Shown piece by piece: positions 22,991-31,096 of a stretch of DNA of 47,102 nucleotides. Origin of the DNA: a virus; the IMG/VR virus record IMGVR_UViG_3300034025_000034, positions 1 to 47,102 of that record; one strand, 5' to 3'. The notes beneath the pieces are model-generated. The model ran no database searches and was not told the origin of the DNA. It saw only the letters and a program-made list of their open reading frames with translations. The stretch's first letter is position 1, and every line of letters begins with the position of its first letter. Position numbers and translations under genes: made by a program.

Positions 22991-23215
22991 ATGACGCATC
23001 GAGTAACCGTTCCCGACGAGGCAGTCGCAGTCATCCTCAGCCGCGACGCAGCACACGCGCTTAACAGCCTTCTCTGCTCGCTGTCGGTCGGCAGTCGCAA
23101 GAACAAGACAGGTCGCGTGCAAGTCAGCATTGGACAAAGCGATCGCCTCGCAATCGGCGAGTTCGTCACTGAGTACGGCAACGCTTGCACCGAGAGCAAC
23201 CATGACCGCAGCTAA
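22991..23215 (+). CDS. Hypothetical early protein (74 aa)
   Basis: It is the ATG ORF downstream of the candidate promoter and the first of a chain of coupled small ORFs. Confidence 0.45.
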   Translation: MTHRVTVPDEAVAVILSRDAAHALNSLLCSLSVGSRKNKTGRVQVSIGQSDRLAIGEFVTEYGNACTESNHDRS

Positions 23216-23438
23216 CCCATTTCGCGACCCAGCCACAGCCGCACCACCCAGCGCAGTCGAGGGCACGCAGCTCACACCCGCTGACCATGAGTTCAACATT
23301 GGCTGGGAAAATCCGCCGATCCCCGCAGCCGCTGGCTGGTACTGGGCAGACAACTATGGCGAGCTCAGCCTCAGCGGCCCCTACAACACCTTACAAGCTG
23401 CATACGATGATGCAGTGGAGACTCTGGACAATGACTAA
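23202..23438 (+). CDS. Hypothetical early protein (78 aa, MTAANPFRDP...)
   Basis: An internal ATG with GAGAG upstream overlaps the preceding stop by 14 nt. The region upstream of the ORF track start is Ser/Ala low-complexity. Confidence 0.45.
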   Translation: MTAANPFRDPATAAPPSAVEGTQLTPADHEFNIGWENPPIPAAAGWYWADNYGELSLSGPYNTLQAAYDDAVETLDND

Positions 23439-23634
23439 GCTCATTAGCTGCATAGTCACAAGCGAGTCTGGCGACCAACTCCGCGTCGCGGACTTCGGCG
23501 ACGAGCGTGTGTTCATGGACATAAGCTGCGTAGACATCGACGATCGTGCCAGCATCGACCTGCCCAAAAGCAGCGTGCGCGCCCTCGCAGCTTTCCTCAA
23601 CGACTTCCTCGAAAGGCATCCCGACAATGGCTAA
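23431..23634 (+). CDS. Hypothetical early protein (67 aa)
   Basis: The ATG at 23431 overlaps the end of the preceding gene (its TAA stop is at 23436-23438). The protein is acidic. Confidence 0.45.
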   Translation: MTKLISCIVTSESGDQLRVADFGDERVFMDISCVDIDDRASIDLPKSSVRALAAFLNDFLERHPDNG

Positions 23635-23824
23635 GCCTCAGCTGCCCAACATTGAGCAGGTCTTCACCCTGTTTCAAAACTTTCAAAGCGCGCAAGCGAT
23701 GGTCATGCGCACTCGCACTCCCGGTCAGTGGACTGCCGGTATGGCTGAGCAGCGTGACATAGTCAAGCAGCAGTTCGAGGCTATCGGTCTCGCACAGCAC
23801 ATCGACTGGAGTGACCCAGCATGA
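23627..23824 (+). CDS. Hypothetical early protein (65 aa)
   Basis: The ATG at 23627 overlaps the preceding stop by 8 nt. Confidence 0.45.
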   Translation: MAKPQLPNIEQVFTLFQNFQSAQAMVMRTRTPGQWTAGMAEQRDIVKQQFEAIGLAQHIDWSDPA

Positions 23825-24123
23825 CTAAGCCTCGCTACACCATCCAGCCCCAACGCTACGGCGAAAACGGCTGGGCCTTCTGCTCGCCCTTCCGCGCCAC
23901 CGCGCACGCAGTCGTCAACGCTGGCAGCGGCAAGGTGCTCTTCCGGTACGAAACCATTCGAGCAGCCAAGGAGCAGCTAGCCCGCCTTAACAGGCTCAGC
24001 CGCCGAGCGCCACACCTGCTGCCACAGCCCGGCACGCGCTTAGACATGCCGCGCAGCGAGCAGCCCATCGCACGCAGCCTCACCCGCGCAGAGTACGCCA
24101 AGCTGAAAGGACTAGACGCATGA
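23821..24123 (+). CDS. Hypothetical early protein (100 aa), basic C-terminal half
   Basis: It has an ATGA overlap with the upstream stop. Confidence 0.5.
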   Translation: MTKPRYTIQPQRYGENGWAFCSPFRATAHAVVNAGSGKVLFRYETIRAAKEQLARLNRLSRRAPHLLPQPGTRLDMPRSEQPIARSLTRAEYAKLKGLDA

Positions 24124-24338
24124 GCACGCAGCAGCCTCATACGCGCACCATTATCGCCGAAGACAACTGGCGCTTTGACGATACAGATAGTATCGAAGCC
24201 TTAATCGAGGCAGGCTTTCGCGCCACTTTTGGCTCACGCTTTCCACATCACGCTAAAGTGCGAGTCGTGCTCACGACCGATAGCCAGAACCCTGAGGTAG
24301 ACATTCACGTCACTACAACTGAAAGGCAAACACTGTGA
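24120..24338 (+). CDS. Hypothetical early protein (72 aa)
   Basis: It has an ATGA overlap with the upstream stop. Confidence 0.5.
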   Translation: MSTQQPHTRTIIAEDNWRFDDTDSIEALIEAGFRATFGSRFPHHAKVRVVLTTDSQNPEVDIHVTTTERQTL

Positions 24339-24688
24339 AAGAGCTGAGCATTAGCAACATCGCCGCAGCCGCAGAAGCTGCCTTCGTACATTTCGAGGCG
24401 AAGCCTGAAACATGGATCTGCGGCAGCATGAGCAGCTACGACCCAGCTACCCCGCACCTCCATTGCTTTGCAGGGCAAATGGCCGCAGAGCTGGGTGCAA
24501 CAACTGCGGGCCAGATAGCTGCCATCGGCTATCAGCTGGACGAGTTCTGCGATGACAACCTTAGCGTTTACATCTCGCGCGTCAACGACGGCATGTCCCC
24601 AGCCGGCAGTCGCACCGCACATTGGCTCAACGTGCAAGCAGCCATCTGGCAGCACATCGTTGCCCCCTTGCAGAAGCTGGCAAAGTGA
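24335..24688 (+). CDS. Hypothetical early protein (117 aa)
   Basis: The GTG start overlaps the upstream stop (GTGA). Confidence 0.5.
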   Translation: MKELSISNIAAAAEAAFVHFEAKPETWICGSMSSYDPATPHLHCFAGQMAAELGATTAGQIAAIGYQLDEFCDDNLSVYISRVNDGMSPAGSRTAHWLNVQAAIWQHIVAPLQKLAK

Positions 24689-24975
24689 GCCCCGCCATGC
24701 ACACTAAGCTGCCCACCAGCCTACAGGGCATCATCGACGTGATCGAGCGCGATTTCCCCGGCTGCGAATGGCTAGTGAGCAACTGCGCCAACCACTGCGG
24801 TCAGCATGTAGCAGGCATCAGGCAGGTGCAGAGCATCGGCCACAGCATCGACCTTGCAACAGGCGAAACCCGCGAGCTCGGTCGAGTGCTGTGGGAAGCC
24901 AATGCGCACGCAGCTGGCCCGTATCACGCGCTTGTTGGCTGCTACGCGGAAGCCCTGGAGAAGTTCGATAGCTAA
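24685..24975 (+). CDS. Hypothetical early protein (about 92-96 aa) with a Cys/His cluster
   Basis: The start is either GTG 24685 (GTGA overlap) or ATG 24697. The cluster PGCEWLVSNCANHCGQH looks like a possible metal-binding site. Confidence 0.45.
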   Translation: MSPAMHTKLPTSLQGIIDVIERDFPGCEWLVSNCANHCGQHVAGIRQVQSIGHSIDLATGETRELGRVLWEANAHAAGPYHALVGCYAEALEKFDS

Positions 24976-25366
24976 CCGAGCATGGCTCGCAGCTTGGGGT
25001 GGCCTATGCACGCTGGCCGCCATCAGTTACTGCGTCCCTGACCCCAACGCAGAGATCGAGATCAGCTCGCCGCGTGTGCTCGACGGCGACACCTTCGAGC
25101 AAGCCGGGCAACGCTATCGGCTGGCACGCGTCGATGCACCCGAGCTTCCAGGCCACTGCCGTCCAGGCCGTGCATGCGTCCCCGGCGATCCCTGGGCAGC
25201 ACAGGTTGAGCTACAAAAGCTGTTGGCTCAACGCGCCACTTGCCTTCTGGGCCGCCGGGACTACTATAACCGAGTGCTGGTGGAATGCCGCACGCGCGAT
25301 GATCAGAACATAGGCGACGCCCTGCTGACAGGCGGCTATGTGCAACTATATAAAAGGAGCAAGTAA
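24902..25366 (+). CDS. Staphylococcal-nuclease (SNase)-like nuclease with an N-terminal hydrophobic anchor (about 154 aa)
   Basis: The segment VLDGDTFEQAGQRYRLARVDAPE matches the SNase/thermonuclease core (DGDT ... R ... G-x-DAPE). The hydrophobic stretch AWLAAWGGLCTLAAISY precedes it. The start is uncertain: ATG 24902, or TTG 24931/24934. It overlaps the preceding gene. Confidence 0.6.
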   Translation: MRTQLARITRLLAATRKPWRSSIANRAWLAAWGGLCTLAAISYCVPDPNAEIEISSPRVLDGDTFEQAGQRYRLARVDAPELPGHCRPGRACVPGDPWAAQVELQKLLAQRATCLLGRRDYYNRVLVECRTRDDQNIGDALLTGGYVQLYKRSK

Positions 25367-25367
25367 G

Positions 25368-25592
25368 ATGGCACATGAGCTTGAACAGGTCTCACAAGAC
25401 CTAGCGCAGATGTTTTTGGATAAGCGCATCAGCGAGCCTACAGATTTTCAGGCGTCACAGACAGTCACGCTGCACAGTATCGCCATCAGCCTCAAGCGCA
25501 TCGCCGACGTGCTGGACAATCAGCTTAACCAGCGTGCTGGTCCCCATAACATCCACGACATCCTGCAGCAAATTGGAGCAAACGGACAATGA
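25368..25592 (+). CDS. Hypothetical protein (74 aa)
   Basis: SD AAGGAG lies 7 nt upstream of the ATG at 25368. It is ATGA-coupled to the helicase gene. Confidence 0.55.
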   Translation: MAHELEQVSQDLAQMFLDKRISEPTDFQASQTVTLHSIAISLKRIADVLDNQLNQRAGPHNIHDILQQIGANGQ

Positions 25593-27289
25593 CCCCGACC
25601 CCCGAGCAGCAAGCAATCTTCGCAGCCTGCAAAAACACCGACTCGCATCTCATCGTGGACGCCAAGGCCGGCAGCGGTAAGACGACTACGCTCATCGAAG
25701 CCCTGCCCCTGTTGCGCGGCAGCATCAGCCTCCAGGCGTTCAACAAAAGCATAGCTGAGGAGCTAAAGGCGCGCGTCTCGCAGCTCGGCATCATGACCTT
25801 CTCGCGCACCAGCGTCTCGACTGTGCACGCTCACGGCCTCAACAGCTTCCGCATGGCCCAGCGGAAACCTGTGGTGCAAGGCGGCAAGCTCAGCTTCATG
25901 ATGAAGGACCAGATGAGCAACTACCCGGATCATGATCCAGTGCGCAAGAACTCGCGGCACATCACGCGGCTCGTAGGCATGGCCAAGGCTGCAGGCTTTG
26001 GCCTGGGCAAGCAGCTGAACACGCCGCAAAAGTATCCAGCTATCGATGACGCAAGCGAATGGCAGCTGCTCATCGATTGGTTCAACCTCGAGCTAGAGTT
26101 CGAGGGCCAGATCAGCTGCGAGCAGGTGATCGAAGAAGCCCAGGAGCTGCTGAAAGCTAGCAACCGGCGCGAGGCTATGATCGACTTCGACGACATGGTC
26201 TACCTGCCGCTGCTGCTCGGGCTCCCCATCAAACGCTACGACAACGTCCTCTTGGACGAAGCTCAGGACATCAACGCCACTCGGCGCGAGCTAGCCTTCC
26301 AGTCGCTGGCTCCTGGCGCGCGCATGATCGCAGTGGGCGATGCGCGTCAGGCCATCTACGGCTTCACCGGTGCGGCAGCTGACGGCATGACGCGCATCGC
26401 ACAGCGGCTGGGCAGCGCAAAGCACCTGCCCCTTAGCATCTGCTGGCGCTGCGATGACGCGATCCTGGACGAGGCACGCAAGATCGTCCCAGGCATCCAG
26501 ACCGCTCCGCATAAGCTGGGCAAGGGCCTTGTGCGCAGTATCCCGTTCCGTGCAGAAGCTGGTCAGCAGTACGCTGCAGCGGACTTCCTGGCAATGCCCA
26601 AGGCAGGCGACGCAATCCTGTGCCGCCTAAACAAGCCCAACGTCGCTGTCGCCCTTGGTCTCCTGCGACGTGGCACGCCAGCCAAGATCGAGGGGCGCGA
26701 CATCGGCAAGAAGCTCTTGGACCACGCACGCAAGGCCACAGAAGCCTATGGCTTGCAGCCCCTAGGCGAGACTCGACTGGAGCTCGACGACTACAAAGCG
26801 CGGGAAATCTATAAGCTCATCCAACGCGAGCGCGAAAGTGCAGCCGCTCTACTTAACGACGAGGTCGAGGCCTGTCAGCTGCTCATCGACCGCGTGCTAG
26901 AAACCATGCCCACCAAGATCAGCGGCGAATGGCCTCAGCTGGAAGCTCTCGTCAACGAGCTCTTTGGCGACGACATCTCGCCGCGCAGCACCGTGACGCT
27001 CTCAAGCGTCCATAAGGCCAAGGGCCGCGAGTGGCCCCGCGTCTTCCTTCTCGGCCGCAGCGACTACATGCCATTCTTCAAGGCCGAGCTGCAATGGGAG
27101 ATCGAGCAGGAAATGAACCTGATCTATGTCGCTATCACGCGCGCAGAGAAGGAGCTGGTGTATGTGACTGGCGTGGCCAGTGCGCTGGACAAGGGACTGC
27201 ATCGTGAGGCTGCGTTGGCAGCGCCAGTCGTCATCGACCCTCTTAACCTCGCGGCCGATCGCGATATGCTCGAAGCATCTTACGATTGA
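25589..27289 (+). CDS. UvrD/PcrA-like superfamily-1 DNA helicase (566 aa)
   Basis: It has Walker A AKAGSGKTTTL, Walker B VLLDEAQD, AVGDARQAIYGFTGA, VHKAKGREWPRVFLL and NLIYVAITRAEKEL. Confidence 0.9.
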   Translation: MTPTPEQQAIFAACKNTDSHLIVDAKAGSGKTTTLIEALPLLRGSISLQAFNKSIAEELKARVSQLGIMTFSRTSVSTVHAHGLNSFRMAQRKPVVQGGKLSFMMKDQMSNYPDHDPVRKNSRHITRLVGMAKAAGFGLGKQLNTPQKYPAIDDASEWQLLIDWFNLELEFEGQISCEQVIEEAQELLKASNRREAMIDFDDMVYLPLLLGLPIKRYDNVLLDEAQDINATRRELAFQSLAPGARMIAVGDARQAIYGFTGAAADGMTRIAQRLGSAKHLPLSICWRCDDAILDEARKIVPGIQTAPHKLGKGLVRSIPFRAEAGQQYAAADFLAMPKAGDAILCRLNKPNVAVALGLLRRGTPAKIEGRDIGKKLLDHARKATEAYGLQPLGETRLELDDYKAREIYKLIQRERESAAALLNDEVEACQLLIDRVLETMPTKISGEWPQLEALVNELFGDDISPRSTVTLSSVHKAKGREWPRVFLLGRSDYMPFFKAELQWEIEQEMNLIYVAITRAEKELVYVTGVASALDKGLHREAALAAPVVIDPLNLAADRDMLEASYD

Positions 27290-27297
27290 CAGGTTGG

Positions 27298-27349
27298 GGC
27301 GGGTGTGCCATGTATTACATTCCGTCGAACGGAACGTGGTACACCCGCC
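27298..27349 (+). promoter_or_regulatory. Copy C of the 35-bp element (core 27310-27344) embedded in an extended 52-nt hairpin
   Basis: The core is atgtattacattccgtcgaacggaacgtggtacac. It is flanked by ggcgggtgt (27298-27306) and acacccgcc (27341-27349), which are perfect reverse complements. Confidence 0.8.
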
Positions 27350-27376
27350 ACGCCACAGCATCTGAAAGGCAAACAC

Positions 27377-27589
27377 ATGGCACAGGCATTTTGGGACCTA
27401 GAGCGCGAAGACGCTGACGGCGATAGCAGCACCGTCGAGCTATTCATCAACTACACAGTCCACCATGACGGCTATATCGAGATCAACAGCGTGTCCACCG
27501 AGGACGGCGACGAGCCTACGCTTACGCCTCTCGAGGAGTCCAAGCTGATGGACTACCTCAAGGATACGCAAGCCCCTTTCGCAGACTGA
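27377..27589 (+). CDS. Hypothetical acidic protein (70 aa)
   Basis: The ATG at 27377 has GAAAGG upstream. It lies just downstream of copy C. Confidence 0.5.
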   Translation: MAQAFWDLEREDADGDSSTVELFINYTVHHDGYIEINSVSTEDGDEPTLTPLEESKLMDYLKDTQAPFAD

Positions 27590-27616
27590 CCTCATCCCAT
27601 GCAAGGAGCATCTAGC

Positions 27617-28003
27617 ATGACCACGTTCGACCCCACGCAGCTGAGCGACGAGCAGCTTGTCGCAGCCGCCAATGAATACATCCAGCGCACCGTCAAGCGC
27701 ATGCGCGAGCTAGGTATGGATGATACAATGTACTTCAGCATCTCTAACTATGTTTGGAAGCATGAGGACAAGTACACTATCAATCATCAGCTACATTACA
27801 AACCTAACGGCGGCAAGGAGTTGCAGCTTGAAGGGGGCAACCTCTTTCAGCTGGTCAACAAGCATGCAGCCATCCTCGATCTGCCTATCGACCCGCCGCA
27901 TGCTGTGGCCCCCATGCTTCCCGCACCTCCACCGCCTAGCGAGCCCGACAGCGGCTATGCTGAATTCACAGAAGTCGACGACGAGGATGACGTGCCTTTC
28001 TAG
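27617..28003 (+). CDS. Small protein with an SSB-like architecture: folded N-domain, Pro-rich linker and acidic tip DDEDDVPF (128 aa)
   Basis: SD AAGGAG lies 8 nt upstream of the ATG at 27617. The C-terminus reads ...PPHAVAPMLPAPPPPSEPDSGYAEFTEVDDEDDVPF. Bacterial SSB ends in DDDIPF. Confidence 0.6.
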   Translation: MTTFDPTQLSDEQLVAAANEYIQRTVKRMRELGMDDTMYFSISNYVWKHEDKYTINHQLHYKPNGGKELQLEGGNLFQLVNKHAAILDLPIDPPHAVAPMLPAPPPPSEPDSGYAEFTEVDDEDDVPF

Positions 28004-28028
28004 GCGTCCCCGTTAAGTAATACATGCT

Positions 28029-28056
28029 GGGGCATAGGCTATAGCTCCTATGCCCC
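28029..28056 (+). terminator. Strong hairpin (10-bp perfect stem) after gene 27617..28003
   Basis: ggggcatagg (28029-28038), loop ctatagct, cctatgcccc (28047-28056). There is no U tract. Confidence 0.4.
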
Positions 28057-28115
28057 GGCTGCGCTATCTTAGCCTTGCAGCGCCTTTGCTGCACAGCAAC
28101 AAGGACTCCCATGTC

Positions 28116-28496
28116 ATGGCCGACAAAGCGCCCACCACCTCGACCCCCACGCCTTCTGCTTCCACTGTCACGCCCGCGATCGAGGGCCTCAAGCTCGATC
28201 CGCTTGCCGTGCGCGAGCAGGAGGCGGGCACCCGCCGAGCCGATGGCGGCGGCACGCTCCAGTACGAGCCGAAGCCGGAAGACTATCCCGCAGCCGCGAA
28301 GATCACGCCCCCGGCCGAGCAGCTCAACGGCAGCCTGTCGCAGGCTGTCAGCCAGGCAAGCGACAGCAAGCTCAGCGCACAGCTGGGCACTGCCGCTGAA
28401 GAGGCACAGGCGACGATCGACGCTGCCATCGAGGCTACTGACAAGCGTTTCGAACAGGAGCGCAAGGCTAAGGTAGCCGCACAGCTCGCGAGCTAA
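28116..28496 (+). CDS. Hypothetical protein (126 aa), Ala/Thr/Pro-rich
   Basis: The ATG at 28116 is in frame within ORF 28050..28496. It lies downstream of the hairpin. Confidence 0.45.
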   Translation: MADKAPTTSTPTPSASTVTPAIEGLKLDPLAVREQEAGTRRADGGGTLQYEPKPEDYPAAAKITPPAEQLNGSLSQAVSQASDSKLSAQLGTAAEEAQATIDAAIEATDKRFEQERKAKVAAQLAS

Positions 28497-28529
28497 ACTC
28501 GCGCCTTCTCTCGCCAGAGGTACCAACCT

Positions 28530-28622
28530 ATGTTCTCTCCTGACACCACCGTGGGCTTGGTGATGCTGCTAGCGTTTAGCTTGCTTATCCTTGCTCACCT
28601 CGTCAAGCGTCCGCGCACATGA
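28530..28622 (+). CDS. Micro-ORF encoding a 30-aa single-TM peptide (MFSPDTTVGLVMLLAFSLLILAHLVKRPRT)
   Basis: It is below the size cutoff of the ORF track. AGAGG lies about 8 nt upstream, and its stop overlaps the next start (ATGA at 28619-28622). Confidence 0.35.
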   Translation: MFSPDTTVGLVMLLAFSLLILAHLVKRPRT

Positions 28623-29068
28623 GCAAGCCCAGCAGCAAACCCTGGCCGAAGCCCTATGTGCTCAGCCTCTACACCGCAGCCGTCGAACACGGCTATATCT
28701 GGGCCAAGCCCATTGCCGAAGCTGACGCCCTGTCGCTGCGGCAGAGCTTCTATCGCATGCAGCGCAAGGACAGCAGCGAACTGCTCACGCCTGAGATGTT
28801 CATGGTCGTCGTCGGCGACTGGGAGCCGGGCGATGGCAGCGGTCAGCTGCCCTTCATCTACAGCGCGCTGCCCGATGGCAACAGCCTTCCCAGCATCGTA
28901 GCAGCTTCCGGCCAGCAGCAGTCCATGCGCCCGCTACCTGCACCGCCGATCGACTTTCCCGACCAGCTGCTGCCCAGCGTACAAGCCGAGCCAGCTGAGC
29001 TAGACATCCCGGACATCAGCAGCTATGTCTCGCGCATGCGGGCCAACGTGGAGCAAGCGGATGACTAA
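28619..29068 (+). CDS. Hypothetical protein (149 aa)
   Basis: It is an ATG ORF coupled on both sides. Confidence 0.5.
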   Translation: MSKPSSKPWPKPYVLSLYTAAVEHGYIWAKPIAEADALSLRQSFYRMQRKDSSELLTPEMFMVVVGDWEPGDGSGQLPFIYSALPDGNSLPSIVAASGQQQSMRPLPAPPIDFPDQLLPSVQAEPAELDIPDISSYVSRMRANVEQADD

Positions 29069-29426
29069 CCCGCACCTCGAGCACGAGCAGCAGCTGCGAG
29101 CGGACTTTGAGGCGCTCGGCCCGCATATGGAAGAGATGTACAAGCGCGCAGCCAGCATGGTCTTTCCCTCTACCCCACAGCTATGGAAGCTCAGCAGTGG
29201 TCCTTGGTCTGCCATTGTCATGCAGGTCATGGTATGGATGGAGCGCGAAGTTGATTGCAACGATCAAGCCTATGAAGTATTGCAGTTTCAAGAGCGCATC
29301 CGAGCATACTGGGACAGCATCTCGGCCGATGCCAAGGCCAACACCAGCTACCAGCTTAGTGGCGACAACAAACAGCGTGCTGCCGCTACCCGCAAACTCA
29401 TAGATGAACTGGACCTAGAGCTATGA
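29061..29426 (+). CDS. Hypothetical protein (121 aa)
   Basis: The ATG at 29061 overlaps the upstream stop by 8 nt. Confidence 0.5.
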   Translation: MTNPHLEHEQQLRADFEALGPHMEEMYKRAASMVFPSTPQLWKLSSGPWSAIVMQVMVWMEREVDCNDQAYEVLQFQERIRAYWDSISADAKANTSYQLSGDNKQRAAATRKLIDELDLEL

Positions 29427-29764
29427 TCCGTGTTGTTGTCGAGTCGCCCTGCTCCGGCATGTGGGAGCGTAACCAAGATTACCTCAAGCGCTGCTTGCAA
29501 GACTGCATTGAGCGCGGTGAAGCCCCCATTGCCTCGCACGGCTTGCTAGCCTTCAGCAATGTGCTGGATGATTACAACAACGCTGAGCGTCAGAAGGGTA
29601 TGGAAGCAGGCTGGGCTTGGCTACCAGTCGCTAACAAGCTGGTTGCCTACCTGGACTATGGCATCAGCGACGGCATGGCTCTCGGCGCAGCACAGGCAGA
29701 CAAGCTGGGCATCCCCGTCGAAGTGCGGCACATCGGCCCCAACCCCGAACCGATTGCAAAATAA
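29423..29764 (+). CDS. Nucleoside 2-deoxyribosyltransferase-like (DUF4406/DUF7768-type) protein (113 aa)
   Basis: It is ATGA-coupled. The pattern VVVESPCSG ... GEAPIASH ... DYGISDGMALG resembles the SPYxG / PxxPH / GIS-GM signature of this Rossmann-like family, recalled from memory. Confidence 0.35.
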   Translation: MIRVVVESPCSGMWERNQDYLKRCLQDCIERGEAPIASHGLLAFSNVLDDYNNAERQKGMEAGWAWLPVANKLVAYLDYGISDGMALGAAQADKLGIPVEVRHIGPNPEPIAK

Positions 29765-29872
29765 ACAGGCCCAGACGAATAAACATGTTGCAAAAGCGTA
29801 TTGCTTGCCCTACACCATTCTAGTCATCACCGAATGGGCAACCCCGCCCCACCAACCTAAGGAGCATGACAC

Positions 29873-30445
29873 ATGGACGTTTCCAACTCCCCGCGCACCG
29901 AGCGCACGATCAACGGTTTCAAGGTTCAGGTCGCAGCACCCTATGCCGAGGGCCAGCCGCTGACCGCCGCGATGGCTGCGATGCTCAACCAGACCTTCGC
30001 CGAGAACATCAGCAACAACACCCGCGCGCAGCTCAAGGCTGGCTTCGTTGCCAGCGAGGGTGCCGAGGCGACGCCCTACACTGACGAGACTGCACAGGCG
30101 CTCATCGACAAGTACGTCGCAGAATACGAGCCCGGCGTTCGTCGTGGCGGCGGCGGCGAAGCTCGCGTCACCGATCCGATCGAGCGCGAAGCCCGCAAGA
30201 TCGCCAGCACCGCGGCCCTTGACATCCTGAAGCAGCGCGGCCTGAAGCGCAACGAGGTCAACTTCTCGGAGCTGGTCGACAAGGTGTTCGCGAAGAACAC
30301 GGACAAGCTGATGGCCGAGGGCAAGAAGATCGTCAAGGCGCAGGAAGCCGCCAAGAAGGCGACCAGCGCAGACAACGGCTTCGACCTGGGCGACATCGAC
30401 GTCACCAGCAAGCCCGCCGAAGCGCCGGCCGAGGCGACCGTCTAA
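29873..30445 (+). CDS. Hypothetical protein (190 aa), a probably well-expressed stand-alone unit
   Basis: SD AAGGAG lies upstream. It is flanked by 108 nt and 170 nt of non-coding DNA, and a 13-bp-stem hairpin follows. The C-terminus is Lys/Ala-rich. Confidence 0.6.
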   Translation: MDVSNSPRTERTINGFKVQVAAPYAEGQPLTAAMAAMLNQTFAENISNNTRAQLKAGFVASEGAEATPYTDETAQALIDKYVAEYEPGVRRGGGGEARVTDPIEREARKIASTAALDILKQRGLKRNEVNFSELVDKVFAKNTDKLMAEGKKIVKAQEAAKKATSADNGFDLGDIDVTSKPAEAPAEATV

Positions 30446-30494
30446 CGGCACAAGGGCAGGGGAGCTGGCCGCACAAGCCCTCCCCCGCTTTGAT

Positions 30495-30536
30495 GGCAGC
30501 AGCTAGGGGTTATTTGCCTTTCACCTAGTTGCTGCC
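30495..30536 (+). terminator. Hairpin terminator candidate (13-bp stem with one G-U)
   Basis: ggcagcagctagg (30495-30507) pairs with cctagttgctgcc (30524-30536) around a 16-nt loop, followed by tt. Confidence 0.5.
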
Positions 30537-30547
30537 TTCCAAGCGAT

Positions 30548-30598
30548 CTTGCACCCAGTCATTCCCTGGTCCCCACCGCATGACTGGCTGGGTGCAAG
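30548..30598 (+). promoter_or_regulatory. Long inverted repeat immediately upstream of the 30616 operon (operator or 5'-UTR structure)
   Basis: cttgcacccagtcat (30548-30562) pairs with atgactgg-ctgg-gtgcaag (30580-30598). The arms are 15 bp with a 4-nt bulge. The SD AAAGGAG follows at 30603-30609. Confidence 0.5.
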
Positions 30599-30615
30599 AC
30601 AGAAAGGAGCACCAT

Positions 30616-30873
30616 ATGCCTAAACTTCAGGCTGGCCCCCACTTCGATGCAGTCGCCGTGCTTCAAGTCGTCGGCGAGCAGGAGACTGGGCTGCAAGTCA
30701 GCACCAATAATCCTGAGCGGTTCCGCGCCATCCTCTACGAGACCATGCGCGCGCATCCACTCTTGCGCTGCTTCATCTACGCATGGCCTAGGACGACTAA
30801 CCGCTTCGCCCTCTTGCGCAAGCAAATCCCCGGTGCCGCCCAGCTACAGGAGCCAAGCGATGGCAACCTCTAA
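30616..30873 (+). CDS. Hypothetical small protein (85 aa)
   Basis: SD AAGGAG lies 6 nt upstream of the ATG at 30616. It overlaps the RHH gene by 14 nt. Confidence 0.55.
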   Translation: MPKLQAGPHFDAVAVLQVVGEQETGLQVSTNNPERFRAILYETMRAHPLLRCFIYAWPRTTNRFALLRKQIPGAAQLQEPSDGNL

Positions 30874-31096
30874 CGCCGACACATGCCACACGATCCGCTT
30901 GCCAGCCGGCATGGCAGATCAAATACGCATTGCCAGCGGTCAGCCGCTTAGCAAGCTGCTGCGCTACATGTGCCGCCAATACCTGCAGCTTGAGACCAAC
31001 AAGCGGGCACAGGCTGCCGGCCGCATGGCCCTGACCCCCAGCGAGCAGCTGGAGGCAGACATCGCGGACATCAAGCTGCCGGGAGAAGAAGCATGA
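30860..31096 (+). CDS. Putative ribbon-helix-helix (CopG/Arc-like) DNA-binding protein (78 aa)
   Basis: CHTIRLPAGMADQIRIASGQPLSKLLRYMCRQYL fits a beta-strand/helix/helix RHH layout. Confidence 0.45.
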   Translation: MATSNADTCHTIRLPAGMADQIRIASGQPLSKLLRYMCRQYLQLETNKRAQAAGRMALTPSEQLEADIADIKLPGEEA

